A stretch of 56,460 nucleotides of DNA, counting the filler, from Asterionella formosa (lineage: Eukaryota): assembly GCA_002256025.1 (NCBI GenBank). It is 6 parts of 6 records of this genome, joined end to end, with 100 filler letters (N's around TTAATTAATTAA, not from the genome) between each part and the next. Parts side by side here need not be neighbours in the genome. Positions count along the whole stretch, not along the records: positions 47,152 to 56,460 come from NKIB01010828.1; 5 more parts are not named here. One strand, given 5' to 3'. The translations under genes were made by a program, and so were the position numbers. Numbering within the stretch: the first letter of the stretch is position 1; every line of letters starts with the position of its first letter. Shown piece by piece: positions 47,152-56,460 of this stretch. The notes beneath the pieces were generated by a model. It was not told where the DNA came from. It did no database searches and was given only the letters and a program-made list of their open reading frames with translations.

Positions 47152-47939
47152 ATCTTGAACCAGAAAAATTAGCATAAGCGGCAGATGTTGCTCCACCATT
47201 GTCTTCACTCTCCCCAGAAATCGCTATAAAATCATCATCAACATTTGGCTCATCAATATTGGGCTCATTGTGCTCTCTCTCTATTCCAAGATCAGTGGAT
47301 TCAATCTCAGCACTTGCATCTGCTCGTTGCTCGATTCTTCGAAAAATTTGTTTGGCATATCTCACCTCAGCAGGGCATGTTGGTTCCCCAGTTGGTTTCT
47401 TAACTTTGTGCAGTTGTGAAAACTTTCGGCGAAATGAAGGTCCTGTCCGTTCTTGCTTTGTCTGGGAAATTCTCGTTGTGCTGTGATGCAACAACTTCCC
47501 ATTCATGGGACCCAATTGGCAGGTGAGTAGAAATGGTTTCCAGCAATGAGAGAATCTCATTGATCCTGAACTGTTGACCCCGACTCTGCATGCTTCGGCG
47601 AGCTCTTGGAAATGTTGGTGCTCGCCTGGCAGTTGCCGTTCTTGAAACTGAACTAGTAGGAGCACGTGAAAAATCGTTGTTGTTCCTTGATGGGGACTGA
47701 GTAACCCCAGAAACACCAATCTGAGAAACACCTGGGACACCCATCCTACTGTCCTCATCGTCACTGGCAAACTCATCAGCACCAGTGTCATCTTCATTCT
47801 CGTCGTCTTCCTCCTCCTCTTCTTCTGGTTGAGTCTGTTGTTGTTCTTGTTGCTGGTGACGGCGACGTTCAAGCAGCCTTGGAGAGGAAGGGAAGCCCTC
47901 CCTGGCTGCTCTCCTTTGACCAGAAGAAGATGAAGACAT
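47152..47939 (-). pseudogene. DUF6818-like (Myb/SANT-like) ORF with a frameshift, probably a transposon accessory gene
   Basis: RGQQFRINEILSLLE...LPIGSHEWEVVA...RT continues in another frame as SFRRKF...KPTGEPTCPAEVRYAKQI. Removing 4 nt (GGAC) at ~47445 restores RTGPSFRRKF. Confidence 0.7.
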
Positions 47940-48278
47940 GGCCGAAATCTAAAAACGATGACGATCGACTTATTGAGGAGGTTGATCGATATGTAACGAT
48001 ATGCATATGTATATGCATACCTATTTTGGCAAGAGCAAGCCATTTTGAGTATGAGCAAGCAAGTCTTAAAATATTCCGGGAAATTCCATATAGTCATTCA
48101 TGTCTAAACATCTTTTTATATAATGCACTGTTATTTATAATTGTAAAAAATTTGTGTTTGTGTTGACCAAATTTGGTAAACCTGGTAAGCACCTCAAACA
48201 AAAATTTTGGGGTTATGGGACAACGATTTGTGTTACAATACACATGATATAATATTTTTTTATTATCAGAGCGCGCCC
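47152..48278. mobile_element. Harbinger-group (PHIS) DNA transposon remnant
   Basis: Myb/SANT-like ORF plus a terminal segment shared with 18617-18772, ending in TCAGAGCGCGCCC. Confidence 0.55.
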
Positions 48279-48637
48279 AATATTGTAGCCATTTATATAC
48301 TAAACAATACTTGTTATACTTCAATCAAACTCACCAACTACTATCTTCTTTGTATTGTTACAGACATAATTAATCCCAAAGGTTGCTGTCTACAAAAAAT
48401 GGAATGAACAAGCTATATTAATTTCTACTCCATGCAGCTGGCATCACCTTTTATACATATACAGATAAAATTGAAACTCACTTATAATAGCGCGCTTTCT
48501 AAGACCACGGAGTTACACATGGAATTTCATAACGTGGCCTGCCAACCAGTCTGTGTGCTTCCCTAGTTTTGTTAGTATTATAGGTGAGTCCCACCAACCA
48601 TCTTTTGAGAAAGGTGATTGTCTTAGCCGCAGTTTTA

Positions 48638-48785
48638 GGGGAAACTCCGACCGCCTAGGAGGGCGGCACACTGCTGCTTGTAGGGTGGCAACCCACTTTT
48701 CCTGGCACACCTGGCAAGACCAGCCATGCGGGATGGTGAGGAGTGCAAAGGCAACGTGGCTGCCCAACCAACTGAGCCATTCCCC
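48638..48785 (-). ncRNA. Candidate Pol III or SINE-like RNA with a tRNA-derived head
   Basis: Starts GGGGAATGGCTCAGTTGGTT (same head as at 7464, with A box). GC-rich with several hairpins, and TTCCCC at 48643-48638 could pair with the 5' end. No B box found; 3' end uncertain. Confidence 0.35.
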
Positions 48786-49161
48786 TATACTATATATAGG
48801 TACATATCAGATTATATTTCCGCTGGAAGATTATTTAGTGTCCAAATAGACAATTTTATCAAAACAAAATATGTAGCAATGTGGAGAATGTCAACTGCGA
48901 ACTCCTCCTGGCATGCCTACCTGCTGAATGGGTTCAATTGAGATATCTCCATGAAATCACCACAATTCCCTGGAAGGTCCGATAATCAGCGCACATAGCG
49001 TGCAGGTTGCTCGTTTTCTGTTCATCGATTGACGTACAAGAAAAAGGAAGGGGTATACCCCAAAAATTGTCGAACCCCTAAATTTTGCGCCACTCCGATA
49101 TTCTTTAAATAGTTGTTTACATAGATGTTAAGCCGTTACTTGTTTAAGTGTCAAAATGAAC

Positions 49162-49698
49162 TTGAAGTCAGCTGTCAGCGATTTCATGTTGGCAGTCAGC
49201 AAAATAAGTCAGCAGTCAGCAGTTTTTTCAAATTTTCAGCAAATCAAGTCAGCAGTCAGTAGTTAGCAAGCTGAAGAAAGCATTTTTACGATAGTAGTAC
49301 CAGTACATGGTGGTAGCAATATCATGAAGTAGATAGCAATGAATTTTTTTAGGCATCAATGTTGATCTCACAATTTATTATCATGTACGTCGTACCAGGT
49401 ACCAGGTACATCTATGTTATAGTATTAACGTAGAAGGCATCGCCTTAAGTCTCCCAACAACAAAAAGATGATGCATTTCCATCATTATTCTGATATGAAA
49501 AGTAGACACGATTCATACACCGGTAATGGTAGTCAGTCTCTTTCTATGTACAAAGTAGCTTGTTTGACATCAGCATGTTGAAGTTAGCAGTCAGCAAACG
49601 AAGTCAGCAGTCAGCGAATATTTCAAATTTTCAGCAAATCAAGTCAGCAGTTAGCAACAAGAAGTCCGCAGTCAGCAAGTTGAAGTTGGTAGTCAGTG
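49162..49698 (+). repeat. Two blocks of AGTCAGC repeats with a shared 31-nt core
   Basis: TTTCAAATTTTCAGCAAATCAAGTCAGCAGT is identical at 49226-49256 and 49621-49651, each surrounded by AGTCAGC units. Confidence 0.85.
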
Positions 49699-50535
49699 AT
49701 TCTGTGGTGAAAGGTGGCAGCGCTTTTCCATTTGAAAGTTTGTAACGGTTACAGGTAATCTAAATAAATTGAAATAATTTGAGATTTTCATCATTTCGGA
49801 ACTGGTGAGCTGGACAGACTTCCAATGAAGTATCATAGGTTGAAACCGCTCCGTGGAATTTTTTGAATACAGTGCGCGCAATTCGCTGATTACCAGACCT
49901 TTGTATGAAATGCATGAGTTGAATCAAAATGGGTGGGGGGTACCAGGTACCAGGCATGGTAACAGAAGATGGCATTGATCTTCCTCAGAACGGATGTTCT
50001 ACATCCAAACTGATTACCGGAACCAGGGTACCAGTACATGATATATTTCTCTTCTTTCGTCTATATACTATTAAGTTCGCGTATGTAATTGGTTCGAACT
50101 TTAATATCATTTACCGGAAAGAAACGTCGATAATTTTAGTCGAACAAAGATGGAGTGATCAAACGTTGGCTCTCAGTCTGCTACTCCCTGTGTCACTCTA
50201 CCTGGTACCGGGTACGTGCCAGTACCTATAATGTAGCGGTACCCTGGTACCAGTACCAGGTACCGTGAATATTTTCATGTACCGGTAGTGATACTACCGG
50301 TAAATGGGTACTAGTAGTACCGTTGGTTGAATTATTTCAGTCGATACCGCAACCCAAAAAACCGAAAGAAATCATTGTAGCTATCGTCTCATCCCTCAGC
50401 CAACACTCCATCGTCTTCGACTATTTCATGCAGAGATAAAGAAGCACAGAATTCTGTAATAAACCTTTTGAGCTCGAGCATCGACAAATATAATATAATT
50501 CGTGACTTAAACTGACCACGACCCCAACAACAGCA

Positions 50536-51906
50536 ATGAAGACTTTGTTTTCTTCCGTACTACTCGCCTTGGCGTACAGGTGCGCCGCCGAACTTAATTC
50601 GTTGGGCCAAGAGATTTATGACTTTGACAATTCCTGGGCAATCAAATCTGACAGGCTGTCCACCTTATTTGGAGACAAGCAAGCCCTTTACGATAATTTC
50701 ATGGAGCAGTGTCGACTTGCCGCTGGAGAGGACAAGGCCAAGTCTGTATGCGATGAAGGAGAACAGCAACGTATCCACATGAATCGGCTTCAACCAGCGG
50801 GCATGAGAAACTACACGAAGCTCGGCTTTGCCAAGATCCGAGCACCCGAAGAAGTCTTTTCGCTGATTGCTGAGTTTTGGGAGAAGAATAAACATTCGCC
50901 TGCCACGGAATGGAAGGGGCCAAATACCTATCACAACATCTGGGAAGCTCCTTCCGAAGTGGTGGATGTGCAAGATTCAAACATTCCTGGCGGTGGAGCT
51001 AGTTTACGCTCCAAAATTTGGGAATCCTCCCGAGCTGTGTTGGAAGAATGGACCGGTCAGCACCTAGCACCATGTAGTATGTGGGGTATACGTATTTATT
51101 ACAACAATTCTATTTTGACTCCGCATGTCGATCGGAACCCACTTGTCACATCAGCAATTATCAATGTAGCCCAAGATGTTGACGAGGATTGGCCACTCGA
51201 GGTATGGGGTCATGATGGGAAGCCATACAATATTTCAATGAAACCGGGAGACATGGTTCTCTATGAGTCACATTCGATCCTTCATGGTACGTTGCGATTA
51301 TTATAATCACGTGCGCTGCGGTTGCTGTCTTGAATCTGTCTTTACTGACTGACGCTGCTTTCACCCAAAACGTAAGGACGACCATTTCCTATGCGCGGCA
51401 AGTTTTATGCTAATATCTTTGTCCATTTCGAACCTATTGGTGCATTGGCATTTGCTCCCGACACAAATCTAACGGATGTTGTTATTGATGAAGAAAGCCA
51501 GAATGCCATTGCCCAAGGCTTACCTCCTTATGTTATTCCTGAAAATGAATGGGCAGTAGATTGGCGAAAAAATAATCCACGAGGCTGGCAACTCCTGCAT
51601 TCTGACATGCATACAGCTGCCGAAACAGGGGATTGGAAGACCTTGAGAGATATTGCTATTCCAAATCCAAATGCCCTCCACAAGCCGGATGACAATGGTT
51701 GGCATCCAATTCACTTTGCCATAAGAGCGGGTCGCTCTGAAATCGTGAAGTTCATCTTGGATGCTGGAGCTGATGTGAATGAATTGACAAATCATGGAGA
51801 TGGTTACAGCCCTTTGAAGTTGGCGAAAAAGTATCTTCCTGAAGATCACCACATAATTGGTTTGCTGCAGAGTTTTGGAGCTTTGGAATTGGGACCAGAA
51901 TTATAG
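50536..51906 (+). CDS. Secreted 2OG-Fe(II) oxygenase with C-terminal ankyrin repeats, paralog 1; exons 50536-51286 and 51377-51906
   Basis: Signal peptide, LTPHVDR...PGDMVLYESHSILHGR (HxD...H), ankyrin motifs GWHPIHFAIRAG...GADVN, C-terminal GPEL. Confidence 0.88.
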
Positions 51907-53563
51907 AAATTTACAATAATCGATAATTTCCATTGTCTAGATACTAGTACTGGTTTCTGAACTTTTATTGTCTGCTGCACTCCTACCAACTTCTGCTCTC
52001 AATCTTTTACATATAAGTCAAAGAGTTTTTAGCACCTTATGATTAGCCTAGTTACAGATTTGTTGCCATGACACTCCATGGACCATACAAGGTGGGGCAG
52101 TGGATTTTGTCGAGTGATCATTGCTCAATCACTACCTTATATAAGAATTGTCGAAAAATTGTTGTAGCTGCAATCCTTTCATTTCCAAGGGAGTCACTAA
52201 GTGGTGGGCTTGTACAATGAATATTCAATTTTGTTTGTATCTTTCTTCTTGTCTCTGTTTTTATCTGTATCCTGCATGATTGCTTAGGGCATTTTTTCTG
52301 GGGATGAATGTCATTGATAGAACTGGTGAAGGGATGTTTGTCCAGTTTGGGCTATTATCTTGGATGACTGAAACAAGAAATCCACTCTTGCCAAAAAATA
52401 TCACACCTTGTTGAGAATTGATTCTATTAGATCATTTCGACTTTCTCTATTTGATCAGCTATATGATTGTTGAATATCTAAATGTAGCTTGTGATACGAA
52501 GTCTGAGTAGAAAGATAACAAGCCGAATTAGTATGCGAAAAGCATTACTTGGCGGCAATATTGCCATCATTGTCAATGACTCGACAAATCAACAAATAAG
52601 TTCTGCAACAATGTATCTTCAAAGAGTAGGCACTGATACATACATCGGTCCTTATTTAAATAGATAAAATCGAACCAAAGCAATGGTATGGAACAAAAGA
52701 ACGATGGAAGCGATCAAAACAGAGAATAGCAACAATCAAATTGCAAATCGTACAGATACTAGCATCTACATACGACATTCTTTGGTTCAGTGATCTGATT
52801 GGTTTAGCAATACAAGGTGGATGTGAAATAGTAAACCAATTCAAGGTACACCTTGTATTGGACAATAAACCCAATTGTGGAGAAACTATCCATATCTTCC
52901 TCTAATGGAGGGTCATTTTTGATATTACCTTGTATTGGAAAAAGAGCCTATTTCCTTGTATTGGCGAGAACACGGATTCGCAACTCGAAGAACTACAGTA
53001 CGGCAAAGGTACCGGTAGCCAAACTTGTTTTGGTTAATTACTTTTTCACCTAATATTGGAATGTACCGGATTTTCTTTTCCAGTGAAATGAGAACCCTTA
53101 TGAATCGCGGGGCTTACGTTATGTACCAGGTACCGGGACACTGGAACACCGCAGTATACCGGTATATATATATATATAACTGTACAAAGCCTTAGTTCCA
53201 TTTTGCTTACTGTATATTTCATATACACATGATGATCGGATATTGGTATCCCGGTGGGTATATATAACGCACTGTTTTTTTATGGAGCAACAAATCCGAA
53301 CCATCGCCACTATACGCAAAACAAAATCAATTTTGATGACCTTCTCACAAAAAGGACCTTTCCATGCCTTAGTAGTTACCAAGTGATTCCGACAGTTCAC
53401 AGAGTGTTGTTTCATACAGCCACTCTTTATTGAGAGAATACACAAATATCGACTACCCTTTGTTGCTGTTGGATTCAGTTCGTATTTAAAATTTTGCGTT
53501 CCCTTCTTTTTGAACTATTACCAAGAGAAACTTGTGAAAGAGCGAAGAAAAACGATAGTACAA

Positions 53564-54945
53564 ATGAAAATTATACTTTTTTGCTTGCTCTTATTGACCC
53601 ATAGCTGTAAGGCAGAGTTGAATTCGTTTGGCCAAGAAATTTACAGCTTCGATAATTCCTGGGCGATCATGTCCGATCAGCTTTCCGGCGTTTTTGGAAA
53701 CAAGCAAGCTCTCTACGATGACTTCATGGACCAATGTCGACATGCTGCTGGAGAGAAAAAGGCCAAGTCTGTGTGCGATGATGGAGAAAAGCAACGCATC
53801 CATATGAATCGTCTTCAGCCGGCTGGAATGCGAAACTATACTGAACTCGGCTTTGCCAAGATCCGAGCTCCCGAAGCAGTATTTTCGCTGATAGCAAAGT
53901 TTTGGGAGGAGAATAAGCATTTGGCTGAGACCGAGTGGAAGGCGCTCAATCCATATCACAATATGTGGGCAGCTCCTCCTGAACTCGTGAGCGTGCAGGA
54001 TGAAAAAATTCCTGGTGGAGGGGAACATTTGCAGTCCCAGATTTGGGAGTCCTCACGCAAAGTCTTGGAAGAATGGACCGGTCAGCATCTGGCACCATGT
54101 AGCATGTGGGGCATACGTATTTATCACAACAATTCTATTTTGACTCCCCATGTCGATCGGAACCCACTTGTCACATCTGCTATTATCAATGTAGATCAAG
54201 ACGTTGACGAGGATTGGCTCCTGGAAGTATGGGGGCATGATGGCAAGCCCTACAACATTTCGATGAAACCTGGAGACATGGTTCTGTATGAATCGCATTC
54301 TCTACTTCATGGTACGTAGATATGTACCCATAGTTGTATTTATGTGAGCGTGATATTAGTTCTGATACAATCATATACCTATACTCACCTCCCGTTCGCA
54401 ATGTTCGTATTTCAGGCCGACCGGTCCCAATGCGCGGAAAGTTTTACGCCAATATCTTTATTCATTTCGAACCCGTTGGTGCTTTGGCTTTTTCGCCTGA
54501 AACAGAACTTTCCAAGGTTAGAATGGATATACAAGGTCAAGACGCTATTGCGCAAGGGCTACCTCCGTATATCATTCCAGGTAGTGTATGGGCGACAGAA
54601 TGGCGCAAGAATAATCCACGAGGCTGGCAACTCTTGCATTCTGATGTTCACACCGCCGCTAGGACGGGAGATTTGAGGATCATTAAAAATATTGCAATTC
54701 AAAATCCAGGAGCTCTGCATGAGCCCGATGAAAATGGTTGGCATCCAATTCATGAAGCTGTGAGAGCGGGTCACTTTGAAATCGTCAAGCTCTTAGTAGA
54801 TGGCGGGGCTGATGTGAATGAAATGACTAACCATGGAAAAGGATATAGCCTTTTGACGCTTGCCAAACAATTCCATGACGAAGATCACAAAATCATTGAT
54901 TTTCTGCAGAGTTTTGGAGCTTTAGAGTTGGGTCCAGAACTATAG
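53564..54945 (+). CDS. Secreted 2OG-Fe(II) oxygenase with ankyrin repeats, paralog 2; exons 53564-54311 and 54416-54945
   Basis: Colinear with paralog 1, with the same intron position (inside the Gly codon of LHG) and the same C-terminus LQSFGALELGPEL. Confidence 0.88.
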
Positions 54946-55255
54946 CTGGGAAAGATTATAGAATGTGAACTGGTCAATGCTCTGCCGCATTTGATAGTAC
55001 CCTAGTTTTTGAGTAGCGGGCAATGCCCTTACATAGTGTGATCTGCATTGAAGGATCTTTTAATTCCAGGAGAAGACAAGCCCTTAGATCCTGTCATTAT
55101 TCATCGAAATCGAATGCCTCCTTTCTAGCACAATCTTCAGCATCGACATGAAATAGCCGGCGAAACTTGGGATAACACATTTTTAATTTTTATCTACTGA
55201 CTCTATCAATTCACAATTCATTTTATCGATAGCAATTTTGAAAATCTGTGTCTCC

Positions 55256-56422
55256 CTATGCGCAATGCTGCATGCCCCTGGATCGTGTTACCCGACCTCC
55301 CGTGACGTACTCTTGTATCAAGCCTGAAACAGCTTCTTCAAGTCGACCAACGCCACCTTTTACTATTTTCCAAGGCGACTCAAACAGAGGGTCACATGCT
55401 GTGGTCATCCATTCCATCTTTTCAGCTTGGATGCGTCGATACAAGTACCCCGTGTGGCCTTCGTTCGAACCATGCATGGAGGTCGGTGCTTGAGTCAGCA
55501 ACTCCACATCAAATGCGTACTTCTCGATAATATGTTTGGGGTTGTGGTAGCAGATGAGGTACGGAGAAGTGCTATTATTAAAAATATCAGCGAGCTTTTC
55601 CCACAGTGCAGGAGGAAACCCAATGCTGAACATATATACATGCGTGAAGGGATCAAAGGAACGCGCATCCATGATATTAGCATGAGAAAAGAAGCATTTA
55701 TGTCCAAGACGCATTTGAACTGAAATTTCGTGGTCAGATTGCATTTGATTTCGTGCAGCATTGATCACGGCCTTCAAATTGGTCATCCCCAACATCCATC
55801 GACTCCGTTCCATCTCGATTCCAAAGCTAAATGCTACGCCGGGATCCTGGGAAACATGGAGGTTTGGCTTGCCAATTCCAGATCCAACATCGATGAAACG
55901 ACTATTGCAATCAAACTCAGTGTATTGCTTCATCAAGTTCACTATCTTCTGCATCGATCCCATCGTCAATTCGCCATAGATTGCCCCACTTGACCCGTTG
56001 CCTCCAATCGACCCAGTGAGCTTCCGGACAATCGTGTAGACTTCCTTGACATTCGGTTGCGTCTCTATGGGAGGATATCCAAACTGAAGCTTTTTCTTTG
56101 CTTTGGAATCATGAACTTGAACTTTGTTCGGGTCAACGACCTTTCTTTCTTCCTTTTCATAAAATAGGGACCGTCTTGGACCCGTCCTCCCCTCTTGTGG
56201 ACTCTTGTTTGCAGCGTCGAGCCTTGTTAGCGTGGAGGTGCTTGGAGTTTCTAGTTCTGAAAGTTCTGGAAATTTCGCAGCTGGGGTCACAATCCGATTC
56301 TTCTCGTTCTTTCGTCCAGTTTTTCGTGGAGTCAAGTCGGCGGTGAAAGGCGCGGAATCGATTTCAAATTCTGTCCCAGCCGTACGACGAATGCCTTTAG
56401 TTTGAGAACGAATTGGAGCCAT
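55256..56422 (-). CDS. DOT1: DOT1-like (histone H3K79-type) class I methyltransferase
   Basis: GAIYGELTMGSMQKI, FIDVGSGIGKP, FGIEMERSR, THVYMF, basic disordered N-terminus. Substrate inferred from the family only. Confidence 0.75.
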   Translation of the reverse strand: MAPIRSQTKGIRRTAGTEFEIDSAPFTADLTPRKTGRKNEKNRIVTPAAKFPELSELETPSTSTLTRLDAANKSPQEGRTGPRRSLFYEKEERKVVDPNKVQVHDSKAKKKLQFGYPPIETQPNVKEVYTIVRKLTGSIGGNGSSGAIYGELTMGSMQKIVNLMKQYTEFDCNSRFIDVGSGIGKPNLHVSQDPGVAFSFGIEMERSRWMLGMTNLKAVINAARNQMQSDHEISVQMRLGHKCFFSHANIMDARSFDPFTHVYMFSIGFPPALWEKLADIFNNSTSPYLICYHNPKHIIEKYAFDVELLTQAPTSMHGSNEGHTGYLYRRIQAEKMEWMTTACDPLFESPWKIVKGGVGRLEEAVSGLIQEYVTGGRVTRSRGMQHCA

Positions 56423-56460
56423 GCCTATTTAATAAAAATATGATGGCGCAATTTTAATAA

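Noticed and set aside
48670..48765. HDV-like ribozyme (TCCTCAC loop, possible P1/P2/P4 pairings)
   Set aside because: No 3-bp P3 closes the TCCTCAC loop and the spacing does not fit the nested double pseudoknot. Not supportable without a covariance search.
49162..49698. CRISPR-like array (also considered for 33168-33317)
   Set aside because: No constant repeat with unique spacers of regular length, no cas genes, and a eukaryotic context.
24893..56422. Apparent cluster of chromatin genes (PRMT5, JmjC, CTR9, DOT1-like)
   Set aside because: Each lies on a different contig. The contigs are concatenated in order of length, so co-location is an artefact.

Overview
Eukaryotic nuclear DNA, most likely from a diatom (short GT-AG introns, diatom-type gene families, CoDi-like copia elements). 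The window is not one locus. It is six contigs of steadily falling length (9337, 9335, 9330, 9328, 9321 and at least 9309 bp) joined by artificial 100-nt linkers (N44-TTAATTAATTAA-N44), so adjacency across linkers has no biological meaning. Host genes: an M11/gametolysin-like metalloprotease, EMC10, an SLC35B-type transporter, a short protein with an NBAS/Sec39-like motif, PRMT5, a putative glycosyltransferase, a SAM methyltransferase, a DUF2306-like membrane protein, a zinc-finger/JmjC protein, a SulP-STAS-cNMP transporter, CTR9, two tandem 2OG-Fe(II) oxygenase-ankyrin paralogs and a DOT1-like methyltransferase. Mobile DNA: two defective copies of one Ty1/copia element, a DIRS/Ngaro-type retroelement fragment, a Harbinger-group remnant with a DUF6818-like ORF, a possible pogo-like remnant, and a family of ~1.2 kb TTAA-inserting TIR elements. 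The most unusual signal is in that last family. One copy carries a 66-nt tRNA-Ala-like unit with no normal anticodon arm but with G3:U70, CCA, intact A/B boxes and a T-run. The other copy has a different short T-run-terminated sequence at the homologous position. The same tRNA-like head recurs on another contig in front of a GC-rich structured stretch.
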